From Octopus sinensis (taxonomy: Eukaryota): a stretch of 64,000 nt of DNA. The first letter of the stretch is position 1. Each line of letters starts with the position of its first letter. The stretch lies in NCBI RefSeq assembly GCF_006345805.1, contig NC_043017.1, positions 15,314,001 to 15,378,000 of the forward strand. The letters are read 5' to 3'. The notes under the pieces were generated by a model, which saw only the letters and a program-made list of their open reading frames with translations, searched no databases and had not been told where the DNA came from. The position numbers and the translations under genes were made by a program. Below, piece after piece: positions 51,431-64,000 of the stretch.

Positions 51431-52440
51431 AGTATATATTTTGTATTTTGATTTTTGATTTTGATTTGACTCTTAAGCGCTACGACGGATCTATAGCAAA
51501 GTCTTATTGTTTCTACATATATATTAGGAAAAACCTACAAACTTTGTTTTCATGTTATTGTATTGCATAGGATTACCTTGATTATTTATATTACCTTGAT
51601 TATTTATAAATGACCCAAAATAGGATGTTATATTTTATTTTATATGTCTTTCGTATATATTTTTATTAATGCACCCATTTTTAAAAGCAATGTTTTTTTT
51701 TTAAAAAAAGCAATGTTGTCAAATTAGAATGTTTATATAAGTTTGTGTATAGCAAAGCATATGTATTTGTAAGCATGCGTATCTGTGTATGTGTAAGTGA
51801 AAGTATGCTTGTGCTTAAGCACGCATACACACGACGGTATGTATATGTATCAATTCAAACTTGTGTATGTATACTGGCCTCTATAGATGCCAATAACATC
51901 GCTACAAGTTCCCCCCCCCACCCCTCTTTCGTTCCTTTTTTCTCTCTTTCCCTTTCTTTCGTTCCCCCTCCTTGCTCAGTATATGAGAATTGCTACATAG
52001 ATGAATTTTAGCTTGCGTGCGAGACGGTTGCGTGAATATATGTACACATGCTTTTATGTGTATAATTTAGATTCATATTCATACGTCTGTATATGTATGT
52101 ATGGCGTTTACGCGCATCCTTTTGTGTATGTTGATATATATGTGGATTTTAATATAAATATGTATTGCAGTATATTTATAACAGGTTTAATTCTATGCAT
52201 TAATTTGTACTGTCTTCATTAACGGCAATAGGTTTTCCTCGGTTTTTTTCTCGGATTTTTATAATTTTTATAATTTTATAAGTTTTTATATATATATTAC
52301 ATATATTTTTGACCTTTTTGTTTATCGCTCGAAGATTGACCGTTTTTTCTAAAGGGCCAATCAAACAAGTCCATTTCTTTTTAAAGGTGTAGCGTTTGTA
52401 AGAGTATAGATTGATTATTAATATATATGTTCCATTCTAG

Positions 52441-52490
52441 CAAAAACTGTCTGATGAACGGCAACGAGAAACTCAGAGTAACAGATTTTG
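52441..52490 (+). ncRNA. Minimal type-I hammerhead ribozyme motif (3' end of copy B)
   Basis: caaaaactgt-CTGATGA-a-cg(gcaa)cg-a-GAA-ACTC(a)GAGT-A-acagattttg; predicted GUA cleavage after 52480. Confidence 0.72.
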
Positions 52491-52585
52491 TTGAATTTTC
52501 TGCTGCTTAAAAAAAAGCATATTACTCTACCACTGGTATTTGAGTACTCTTTTTCCACTTGTTTCACATTATGTGTTTACTCCGG

Positions 52586-52620
<35 letters not shown>

Positions 52621-53101
52621 TAACACTATTTACATATATATGTGTGTATAGATATACATATATATATAGAATATATATATATATGTGTGTATATATATAA
52701 CATATATATATAATCTATATATATAATATATATAATATATATCTATATATATATATATATATATCTTTTATATTTGTTTATAGAGGATCATTTATACATA
52801 CATGCCAGGAGGCATTTATATATACCTGCCAAACGCTAAGAGGGGACAATCAGTTCATTTCTACCAAAAATATTACTAATCCCACCGAATGCAATTTTTC
52901 AAAGTAAGACATTTAAAATATATAGGCCTGTATCACAGTGATTCATACTTACGTAATCATCAGCAGGCCTGAATGTATTATAAATAAACAACGACCTGCC
53001 TATGTATATGCATATATATATATATGCTTATATATATATATATATGCATGTATATATGTATATAATATAAATATGCATATATACCACATATATGTACATA
53101 C

Positions 53102-53151
<50 letters not shown>

Positions 53152-53544
53152 GCATATATTGATATACATTCATGCGCGTGGGGTGTGTAATATTATATGC
53201 GAGCGGAAGCGAGCTACTGCCATCTCTAGTAGACGAGGTGTCTAGTACTGAAGAGGGGCAGAAATAGCGTGAAACCAGGACTGGTCTACTGTTCTTTTCA
53301 TTCGGAGATGGTAGGGGTTTGCTCCCCTGCTCGCAATATATCTGATGGAGCTGTGCATCGTTGACCAGCTACAGCAGATGACCTCTTGCGATAAAAAAAA
53401 TTGCAATAAAGTCTGTTCGAACGGACAGCCATGTTGAAGTGGCTACGAATATTACTTGTTAGTGCAATTACTGAACTGATCTCGTAGAGAGATTTGAGAA
53501 CGAGCATTTTTGCTTGCATATATATTAATATATATATATATATA

Positions 53545-53754
53545 TAAAGTTAATCCAAACATGAAAACACAAGGAGAAAACACAGCAACGCCTACGTGGA
53601 ACAAATATAGTATTATTGGACGCTCAGGAAGGAAGGGAAGAAGGAGGGCTTAACGTTTCGAGCGGAGCTCTGCGTCAGAAACATAGGAAAAGGAAAGATC
53701 CAGAGAAAGGAAGACGGAGGAAAAAAAATCGCCAACGGTACACACGCGGTTACA

Positions 53755-53760
<6 letters not shown>
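53545..53760 (-). mobile_element. Short PLE-terminal-repeat-like element in (TA)n carrying a hammerhead-like motif
   Basis: Minus 53682-53648: gttt-CTGACGC-a-gagc(tcc)gctc-GAA-ACGT-T-aagc; microsatellites flank both sides. Confidence 0.55.
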
Positions 53761-54225
<465 letters not shown>

Positions 54226-54619
54226 AGTATTATCCGAATACAGATAATCCAAGTAAATAGATCTGTTACCATATTAGGATGATGAATCTTTCAGGCCAGT
54301 TACAAAAGCGAACAAATATTGGAAATGCAAATCATAAGTATTAGTTTCACGTTAGAAGGAAAAAGAAATTTTTTGCAAAGAATTCATACATCTTTGAACA
54401 AATGTCCTGTTCTCTGATAAAAGACAATTTGTCTGTATCGCAAATTATTCTACAAAATTTTTACTTCTATCTTAAAACTAAATTTTCTCTTCCTGGTATT
54501 CGTTTTGTTTTCTTTTCGTCTGTTTTTAAATACCCTTATACAGGCGTGTGTAAGAATGTGTATGTGTTTGATTGTGATGTGTATCTATCTGTTTGTGCTT
54601 GTGTGCGTATTTGTGGGTG

Positions 54620-54860
54620 ATCAGTCAAAACAATACACCATTGACCTTTTTCCTTGTAAGTCGTCCGGGAGACATGTGATGAATTGATACAGGTGAGGCT
54701 TGACGCCCTTAGAGGAGAACTGCTCTGAATGCTTACACCTGAGTTGATCTATGACTGATAGGGACACCTTCGGCTCAGGTACGGGTGGTGATGTTAGTAT
54801 GGGTCTGTATTCTGAGGACATCAAGATATGCCTGCTTTTTTCCTTCGCAATTCTCTCCAT
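54620..54860 (-). mobile_element. CR1/L2-group LINE 3' relic
   Basis: '...EQFSSKGVKPHLYQFITCLPDDLQG' aligns weakly with the C-terminal 'RGPQLFNILPKNLRDMHG' of the 29-31 kb LINE. Confidence 0.5.
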
Positions 54861-56049
54861 GGTCCTTCATTGGCCCTTTCTGCTTTGAATGTTGGCATTT
54901 GGTATAGGTAGGAGGATAAAAAGGAGGTGGAGGCGGAGGAGAAAAACAAGTAGAAGAAGAACAACAGCAACAACCTCAACAACATCAACAACAACCATGA
55001 CGACAGCAACGACAACAGCATACTGAGTATCTTTCTCTTATCACGATCACCACCACTACTACCCCCCACCGTCCTCCTCATATTCCCTGATAATAATACT
55101 TCTAAATTCTCGATTATAAAACATGGCTGGGGGTGACGCGATGCTCTCTTCTGTTCCTGAACAACTTCCAAACCTTTCTGTAAATCCAGGCCAAACTTCA
55201 TAGAATTCAACTCCAAAACAAACGGAATGGTTTAAAGTAGAAATTTCGTTGATTTGCACGGTTTGAGAAAATCATTTTGCCACGAGCAGAAATACAATGT
55301 GATTACAGGTGAAAATAATTAACGGTGTATTCATTATTGTGCGTGGAGATAGTGAAGGAGAGGTGAAGAGGGGGAGAGAGAGAATGAGATAATGAGAGAC
55401 AAGGTGAGAGAGAAGGCAGACAGAGACTAAGAGAGAGAAAGCAAGAGAGTAAGACTTAGAATAGGAATGTTTTTCTTATAACCATTTTCTTGTGATAAGA
55501 ACCGTATTTTGTTGGAAGTCTCCTAAATTTGCAGGTCTTTAATTTGCAAGAAAGTACGTCTTGCGCAGGTGTTAACAAAAACAGTGACAACAAAATTGTA
55601 GTTTCAGGGAGAAACGTTAGAATTCTTTTCGTTGAACCTGACAGAATGAGTTGTCCACCCTTGAAACCATCGACAAGCAACAACAACAACAACAACAGCC
55701 ACAAATCACTGCAGCCTTTTACATTATCTCTACTTTTTCTTCTTTTTTAAAGAATCTTTGATTTATGGGAAAGGATTCTATAAAAGAATTGTTCGATATT
55801 TCGTAACTTTCTGATTCCAACATGCTTTAAATATTTTTCTCTCCAAAATATTAAACAGCTCCCCCTAAATCGACAATGAAATATATTTATTTCAATTCAG
55901 TTCTGGATGCTGTTGTGGCTGATCTTTCTCCAAACGAAACGCTTTTCTACACATTTTCTACTCTAACTGCCACCACTGGACACTCTACTCTTCCGGTACA
56001 ATATTGGCACTGGTGGACTGGACTACACCATGCAGTAACTGGGACTGTA

Positions 56050-56570
56050 CACTACTGTTGCTATACTCGCCGCTCGATGCATATATGGGAAGCTACAACG
56101 GGGCTGAGGTCACTGACCTCGTCGGGTTAGTTATCTAGGATACTTCAAGGAAGCGCGCACACACACACACCCATAGTTCAGCTTTGCATAGGTTTGAAGG
56201 CTTGGCAATTTCAAGCTATATAAACGACCACACGATGGACACGTTTAGGGAGGTTGTAATAAAGAACTTCAAAGAATTCGGCCTGTCTATAATAGTTACC
56301 AACAATTTGACAAACATTGACTTTCTGGATGTATCCCTAGATTTAAGGATAGGCAAGTACCGCTCTTACAGAAAGCGCAGGGAGGAAACCGGCTATATCC
56401 TTAGAAACTCCAACCACATCGCCAGCGGTAATTAGAAACTTGGGCTCAGGCATAAGTAGAAGAAACTCTAAACTATCAGCGGCGAGAGGGATTTCCAACA
56501 GAGCCGCGCCTCACTATAACGAAGCATCAGCAAAGTGTAGACACACCGATAAGTTAGTAAAAACGTGTGC
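56050..56570 (+). mobile_element. Diverged Penelope-like (same clade as the 46-52 kb element) RT relic
   Basis: 'MGSYNGAEVTDLVGL', 'FGLSIIVTNNLTNIDFLDVSLDL', 'SNH', 'RAAPHYNEA' parallel copy A 'MGAYDGAELC', 'GLRITIDTNLNSVDFLDV', 'NAAPYYDSAL'. Confidence 0.8.
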
Positions 56571-56721
56571 GTGTTGCATACAAGTATACAGACATATATA
56601 CGTACGTGTGTGTGTGTGTGTGTGCGTGTGTAAATACTCGCATGCAACACAAACATATATATATATAAAGAGAGAGAAAGAGAAAGAAAGACCACAAAAA
56701 TGACAGAGGGTACTGACCGTT

Positions 56722-57329
56722 ACCGCTTTTGCTAAAAATAAGAGTTAAAACAACTCAAAGGCGAAACAGAAGCACTGTCTTAATGACTGACAAAGGGAGG
56801 TAAGTCCCCAGCGTATATAGCCGGATCGCGATTTCAGATTTTGATGGAGACCATCTCAATCCTCATACTCTTAATGCCTAGGGTTAAATTCAACTGCTTC
56901 TGTCAGTCTTATAAGAAAAACCGTTGAAAACATTTGCTGATTTTCAAAATGGTAAAAGTGTAAACAACAAATTAAAAAGTGTGGCTTATTAGCAATTAGA
57001 CGATAAAGGCTTAATTAATAGGGGTCACAAAAGTGAGAGATAGTAGTGACTAGCACCGCTTTTGCCAAAAATAAGAGTTAAAACAACTCAAAAGACACAG
57101 AAGCAGTCTTAATGACTGACAAAGGGAGGTAAATCATATAAGACTGACAGATGTTGAGTTTAACCCTAGGCGTTAAGAGTCGCTGGTGAAGATTAAAATG
57201 GTCTCCATCAAAATCTGAAATTGCGATCCGACTATGTACACTGGGGACTTATCTCCCTTTGCCAGTCATTAAGACAGTGTTTTTGTGACCCCTATTAATT
57301 TTGCCGTTAGGTTCTAATTGCTAATAAGC
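56722..57329. repeat. Mosaic of direct and inverted repeats
   Basis: Direct: 56722-56803 and 57055-57132. Inverted: 56773-56913 vs 57137-57279, and 56984-57032 vs 57281-57329. Confidence 0.85.
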
Positions 57330-58587
57330 AACCCTTTTTCATTTGTTATATATAGGTGTGTGTGTGTGTGTTGTGTGTGTGTGTGTGTGTGTGGTGTGTG
57401 TGTGTGTGTGTGTGTCTATGTCAGCGTGGTGGACGCTCCATCTCCCAAACCCAAAGAGAATCAGAAAAAGAAAGATGATTTGATTTAATCCTCCATGCAA
57501 CCTAGAGGTTTCAAGTGCCTTAGCAGGAGAGGTTTCCTGGTGTTAAAACATTTCCCTAGAACTTTCGGGTTTTATAAACATTTCAATGGCCACGGTGTTG
57601 TGGTTCCTGCTTAGACATCATCGCTTCAACCATCGCACGCTACAATATACACAAGCTCGAACTTGCACAGCACCCAATCCACACCCCACCCTGTAACTTC
57701 TGAAATCCTACAAGTTAGCCAATGGGAGGATCCTATCTCTCAAAGGCCGTAGTCTTTAGAACCATTTCCACACCATCGGATGGCATCACAAGGCACTACA
57801 TGAGAATGACAGCCAATTATTTTGCGGGAACTGGAAAAACGAAATATCAAAAAGTTCTTTGCAAATAAATATTTAAATTCTTTGCTTCCATACATGTCCG
57901 TCCGTCGTTCAAATTGAAAAATACCAAAACATAACTTATCAATTTATGGGATTTCTATTACATTTATAATTTTCCATTAATATTTTCGTGTCAGAATTTT
58001 ATTGACGAAATCTCAAATATTGAAATACGCCTAGAATGAAGCCATTTCGACATTGAATAAATAGAAAATAGGTAAACCAGGTTAATGGTTGTTTGCTTTC
58101 CAGATATGGCTTCGAAATTTTATGAAGAAAATAAATTTTTGACAAAAAAAAATAGTATCGTCACTTTATGAAAGAAATGAATAACAAACCCGGATATATT
58201 AAATTATTGATGTTGAATCAGGATTAATTTTAGTGGACACAAACGACATGTTAAGCACAAGGACGGAACCGAGGATCTTAGTGATTAAACCAAGAAGGAC
58301 AAAGAGAGAGAGGAGAGAGAGAGAGACGAACAGACAGAGAGAGGGTGAGATAAATGCGTATTTGTATCTTTACTTCTATTTGAAACGGCTTTCAGTTCTA
58401 TTGTTAGATCTGTCAATAACAAAAAACATTATTTTGAGAAAAACGACTAAACACAATAATTATAATTTTACTCCCAACTTAACTCATTTCCATCCAGAAA
58501 CTTTCCGTTCAAATTTAGATTTCAGAACATCACTGAAGGAAGATCAACCAGAATTATAGAATACTGATCATTATATACATTCATACA

Positions 58588-58678
<91 letters not shown>

Positions 58679-58683
<5 letters not shown>

Positions 58684-59182
58684 GGTTGCCCCCTCGTTAT
58701 CGAGTATGGCCATTGCACGAAGCTTAATCAATGTTGTTATTGTGCAATGCCTGTGCAAGGAGATATTTTTAAAGTGAGGAAAGGCTGTGCACTGAGTCAA
58801 TCCCACTCACTAAGCAACAGCAGCCATAATCCGAAAAGAAGAACAAGTCAGCATCATCGGTAACCACTGAGCCGCAGGTTTTATGTCGGAGTTATCCCAG
58901 TTACCTGAGTTACCTTCTCCTAGAAGGATGCCCTAACAAAGGCTAGGAGTCCTTCACTCCCAAAGGTTTAACCGCGCGATCGGGTATTCAGTCCGATTAT
59001 TTCTATGTCCCCGCGCTTGATACAGCCTTAAGACATTTATTGGATGGCCGTTGACTCTCAAGAGTTCCTCCGCCCTTTGACGGGTTTTGTTTTTCATCCC
59101 GCAGGGTGTCCAATAAACATCCTCCTCACCAAGCAAGCTTGGTGGGGTTGCCGGTTTAGTCACCGACAACCCGACCATGCAA
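58679..59182 (-). mobile_element. Short non-autonomous RTE derivative (RTE-like 5' UTR + RTE 3' tail)
   Basis: The 3' ~48 bp 'ttaagcttcgtgcaatggccatactcgataacgagggggc' matches the tail of the 39-41 kb RTE (40846-40892); no ORF; 'tctaggagaaggtaactc' resembles an RTE 5'-UTR motif from memory (inference). Confidence 0.6.
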
Positions 59183-59231
59183 CATAATATATATATATAT
59201 ATATAATACACACACATACACATGTATGGTC

Positions 59232-59303
<72 letters not shown>

Positions 59304-59894
59304 CAGCAGCAGCAGTTGTAGTACACCGTGGTGGTGACGCGGTAATGTGTTACGGTGATGTGTTGTACTCTCACCATAGCCTGAAGATAGCATTGTACAA
59401 GGTCATGTTGTGTGGTTCTGGGAGTGTGTTGTTGGGGTGGTAGTATACTGTCGTGTTTGTGATGTTGATGTGCTAGTATGATGTAATGCATTAATGAATC
59501 GTTCCAGGTAGTGAAATTGCTTCAATGTCTCGGTCTGCTCGACATAGCAGTCAAATCACCTTCCACTTGTTCGCCACCGTCTTCCAAAATGGAAGGATAT
59601 ACAAGATATAAACTGCAAATGCTCCTCCATATTGGAATGAACCCATCCTGGATATTTCGGAAAAATCCCAAACGCCGAGGTCAAGGCTTCGGCGGAGTTT
59701 TAATAAAAAAGCGTCATGAATCGTAGATTTCAAATTTTAATGTGAGCGAATGGTTTCCCTACATCTGTTGTATAAGGTAACTCGGATTCGTAGAAATAAC
59801 AGCCAAATCACCCTCGAATCATATGCACAACTGCCTATAAAAGGAAACATATATTGTATAATATAATATCCTAGATTAAGTCAAGATGGAGATG

Positions 59895-60062
59895 GAGCTA
59901 GTCGATTTCATTGACCTCAGTGTGCAACTGGTGCTTACTTCATCGACCCCAAAAGGATGAAAGACAAAGTCGACCTTAGCGAAATTTGAACTTAGAACAA
60001 CGGATTATGCCACTAAGTATTTTGTCCACCATGCTAACGACTCTACCAGCTCACCGCCTTAA
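59895..60062 (-). mobile_element. SINE family 1 copy
   Basis: 'atcgaccccaaaaggatgaaagacaaagtcgaccttagcgaaatttgaact...cagctcaccgcctt' is homologous to 723-963. Confidence 0.85.
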
Positions 60063-60074
60063 ACTGACAATGCG

Positions 60075-60145
60075 CCTGCAGACGTACTCGAACCCGTGAC
60101 CCTCAAACTCAAATTCTGGTGCCCTTTCGACTGAGCTATGTGTGT
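60075..60145 (-). pseudogene. tRNA-like relic (tRNA pseudogene or SINE head)
   Basis: Minus: ATAGCTCAGTCG..AGGGC (A box/D arm) ... GGGTTCGAGT (B box/T arm); acceptor and anticodon stems do not pair cleanly. Confidence 0.5.
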
Positions 60146-61095
60146 GGTATAGAATTAATGAAACTTTTATTCAAGTGTTTCCTTACGCTTCGATCATCCT
60201 GGTGGTACCCATCTCCTTGGGATGTGGATGCTGTGGCCTCTGAAGGAACTCGTCCACCTTTCATAGAGTTTATTTAAATATTTCTATAGCTACCAACACG
60301 CCCTCTACCCAAGCCAATCTCGGCAAGGGATTAGTTTAATCTCCGACCAATTGTCCATCAACCTGTTACACTAGATTACATACTCCTCATGATGGAACTG
60401 GTCCTGATGTGACATAATAGTTTGATAATCCTAGAAAGCTACACTATATCTGAAAAAATGGGCAGTGTGGTCATAATTGGAACGACTTTAATTCTACGTC
60501 TGTTGAATTATCGCTTGCCAGAGAGTAAGTCCCTTACCGAACGTGTAATGGCGATAGAGAGATTCCAAGAGTTAACTCACAGAAAGTGTAGTACACAGCA
60601 TCCTAACCAATCTACGCCTCTCCACTCAATTTCCAGCTTAACGAGATATTGAATTTTGTTCCAACTTCGAGAATTATTCTTCAGCTTTTATTTTATCTCA
60701 TTTCATTTTATTTTAGTCTATTTTTACTTTCATTTCATTCTTTCTTTTTTTGCCTCATTATTGAACAAGTAATTTCCATTTTCTCATTTATAGCATGATT
60801 TCATCATCTTACACATCGTCTGCAGGTTGGGCAGATTTCTTTCTCCTCGTTTACTGGTCTGTAAGCCAATATTCTCTTTGCAAATTCGTGAAAGCGGCAA
60901 GAAAACAAAAGATGGAGCAGACGTTTGATAGAAGCCATGCCACGAGGCAAGACAGGCGAAGAAGAGAGACGGAAAACAACAACAACAACAATAGGAAGGA
61001 AGGATTGGTGTTTATCTGGCAGCAGAACAACAGGATGTGTATGTATATGGTTGTCTATATTTGTCCGTACGAGTATATCTGTGACTATCTCTGTC

Positions 61096-61156
<61 letters not shown>

Positions 61157-61741
61157 GTGTGTGTGTGTGCGTGCGTGTGTGTGTGTATGAGAGAGAGAGA
61201 GAGACTGTTTCATTTATTTTTTCTTTTGACGGATCATGTACGGAATAACAAGAGCTGGTCTCTATCAGATGAGATGACACACAATACACCGACCACAAAA
61301 AAGTATGCAGACACTCAGACATATGCCTCTTTATATGTCAAACGATGAAATCAGGGCAGAATTGTTATTACTCTGCCTTGTTAATACTAATACCACTCAT
61401 TGTTGGGTGCTTGATCACAGCAAAGATGCCACGTTATCTTACATTAAATTAATCAATATCTTGTGTCTGTAATTAATGGATAGTTAAACATTAATATTGT
61501 TGTTGATAATATATATTGACTGCAAATGAGAAATTTCTTTCATACAATTATTTTATTAATTTAGATAATTTTATTTCGATAATTAGTATTCATATCATTA
61601 TTTTGAATTAACACCATATTTGGAAATAAACTATAATAATTGTAACCCCTGCAACATTATCTGATATTGCAGACTTAAAAGTTTATCCTCAACACTAACT
61701 GGTCATGTGACCAGTGACATTAATATATTTCATTGACATTA

Positions 61742-61960
61742 TAAGGCGGCAAGCTGGCAGAATCTTTAGTCTGCCGGACGAAATGCTTAGCGACATTTCG
61801 TCCGTCTTTGCGTTCTCAGTTCAAATTCCGCTGAGGTCGACTTTGACTTCCATCCTTTCGGGGTCGACAAAATAGGTACCAGCTGATCACTGGGGTTGAT
61901 GTAATTGATTTAACCCACCTACTCCACCCCCGCCGCAAATTATTGGCCTCGTGCCAAAAA
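61742..61960 (+). mobile_element. SINE family 1 copy
   Basis: Starts aaggcggcaagctggcagaa and continues 'cagttcaaattccgctgaggtcgactttg..catcctttcggggtcga'. Confidence 0.88.
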
Positions 61961-61989
61961 TTTGAAATCAATATATTCCGCTGACAGGA

Positions 61990-62700
61990 CCGATCTGTGG
62001 GAGTCTATCAGTTGAACCTTTACTTTAAGGATGTGACACATTTTTAGTTCCAAGAGTAAATAGCAGCGACAGAGGAAATTGTAGAGTCTTCCTTCGGTGC
62101 TTTGGTTTCTGGCGAATGTCTATGTCCTCCGTTACGTAGCTTGACGTGACGCTGCTTCCTGAAAGATCCCAGTAGAACATCCAGATATTTCTTGAATACA
62201 TCGACACCATCCATATTTCTCAATTTCCTTGGCAAGATATTGATAAACTGTGAATCTTTGAGGCTTAGAACTTTGTAGTAAGTCGTCCATGGGCAAAGTG
62301 AAGCCTTCGTAACTATTCAGTTGGGGATCCAACCTGGGATTGGTATATCTCCGAATACCAAAGCTTGGTATGCGTCCTCCTTCGGGGCTCCTCTGTTCAT
62401 AAATCATTGCATATATTTCCTGTCTTCTTCCCAAACAATAGAATGTGAATGCTTTCGACCTCTCCCTGTAGTTTAGCTGTTACATTGAGGTGATATTCTT
62501 CATGAAATATCATTGGACTGCTTCTAGATTTGGTGTTAGCTTAACACCGATTGGTGACCATGGCTGTGAACAGATTTCCAGTTGGATGAGGACAAATGTA
62601 CTTCCGAAAACAAGTACGGCTTCTTTCTCACTCGTTCGGAATGACATAAAGATTTATCTGATCAAAACTCATCCCCATCGCCGACATCTTGGTAATGTGA
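61990..62700 (-). mobile_element. CR1/L2-group LINE 3' relic
   Basis: 'RNMDGVDVFKKYLDVLL', 'GRIPSFGIRRYTNPRLDP' parallel the C-terminus of the 29-31 kb LINE. Confidence 0.7.
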
Positions 62701-62749
62701 TAATGTGTACATAGAATGAGGCACCATTACTCATATTGCCCATTACGCA

Positions 62750-63873
62750 CACATATATGTGTGTGTGTGTGCGTGTGTGTGTGCATGTGTGTGTGAGTAT
62801 GTGTGTGAATATACATACATATATGTATACAACACCTTCATTGATATGTATATACATAATATATATATATACATAATAATATATACATATATAATATATG
62901 TATATAAAATAAATATGCCTATGTGCGTGCGTGTGTGTGTATGTATATGTACGCGGGCGTGCGTATATATGAATGGGTGTATAAACGTATTTATATGTGT
63001 ATATGTACGTATGTATATGTGTATGCATATGTATGTATGCATGTATTATGTATGTATGCATGTATGTATTATATATGCATATATGTATGTATGTATATAT
63101 ATATATGTATGCATGTATGTATGTATGCATGTATTTATGTATGCATGTATGTATTATGTATGTATATATGTATGTATATACATGTATGCATGTATGTATG
63201 CATGTATGTATGCATGTATGTATGTATTTATGTATGCATATATGTGTGTATGTATTATGTATGAATGTATGTATGAATGTAAGTATGTATGCATGTATGC
63301 ATGTATGCATGTATGTATGCATGTATGTATTATGTATGAATGTATGTATGAATGTAAGTATGTATGCATGTATGCATGTATGCATGTATGTATGCATGTA
63401 TGTATGTGTGTATGAATGTATATCGATTGCAGCAGACCCGTTAAAGAAGCGATCTTTAGTTGCAATATATTTGCTGTCTAAACATTATTTGACATTTGGC
63501 GCTAACTCCGAGGTAAGTGAAGAACTGTTCAGTGGCAGAAGAGGGTGGCGGAGAAGGGGAGAAGAAGGAGGAGATTGACTGAAGGGTGGGAGGCAGAGGT
63601 ACTTTCTATACTGTTTTGTTTGCACTTGTATATATATATATGTGTGTATTAATATGTATACACATTCACATATATACACATGTATACATATATATATGTA
63701 TATACATTCATATGTAATACTTATATACATATATATATTTATATATATATGTGTATATATGTAATATGTTATATATATATATGTGGTGTATATATGCATA
63801 TATATATATATTTGTATATATGTATATATAATATATATATATATGATTGTATGTATTGATGTAGGTATGTATG

Positions 63874-63911
<38 letters not shown>

Positions 63912-63922
63912 TATATAATATA

Positions 63923-63953
<31 letters not shown>

Positions 63954-64000
63954 GATAGGTATGCACGTATATGTACACAGCAGATATACATATACATATA
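62750..64000. repeat. (TA)n/(TATG)n degenerate microsatellite block
   Basis: Directly visible, with a short unique interruption at ~63420-63620. Confidence 0.9.

Larger units (their letters stand above)
49478..52586 (+). mobile_element. Penelope-like retroelement copy B (5'-truncated, inverted relative to A)
   Basis: Starts at 'agaaacccgccaccgattccgg' (RNPPPIPE); ORF pieces run to 51430; a long 3' UTR ends '...tttactccggt' followed by (TA)n. Confidence 0.92.

Noticed and set aside
59140-59182. HDV-like ribozyme at the 5' end of the RTE derivative (GG..CTAA-accggc)
   Set aside because: Only a possible 3' half is present; P1/P2/P3 partners are missing, so it cannot be supported.
60813-60870. 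'WADFFLLVYWS' as a Ras-like (RERG-type) exon
   Set aside because: The similarity covers about 10 residues with an insertion, and no G1/G3/G4 exons were found in the window.

Overview
This is repeat-saturated eukaryotic DNA, most likely a cephalopod (Octopus-like); that is an inference from the tRNA-derived SINE families and the extreme (TA)n/(TACA)n/(GATA)n/(TAA)n microsatellite load. Most ORF-track entries are microsatellite artefacts, and no host protein-coding gene can be named. One candidate promoter plus first exon lies at ~18.4 kb. Real coding content is retroelement-derived. It comprises five R4/Dong-type RLE LINE pieces (one with an intact 588-aa 5'-truncated ORF), four CR1/L2-group LINE pieces, three RTE pieces, Tc1/mariner relics, and a Penelope-like (RT + GIY-YIG) element present as a ~6.5-kb head-to-head inverted duplication. 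Best leads: (1) minimal type-I hammerhead-ribozyme motifs of several kinds, namely three canonical-core copies in the Penelope terminal repeats, one at 53.6 kb, and a possible G3:C8-swapped 'GUGAACA' variant in a 286-bp palindrome at 43 kb with a relative at 27.7 kb; (2) an RTE insertion with a twin-priming-type 5' inversion and three C-terminal C2H2 fingers; (3) serial Dong-like insertion into a (TAA)n tract. All alignments and folds were done by eye, and element boundaries are approximate unless stated.
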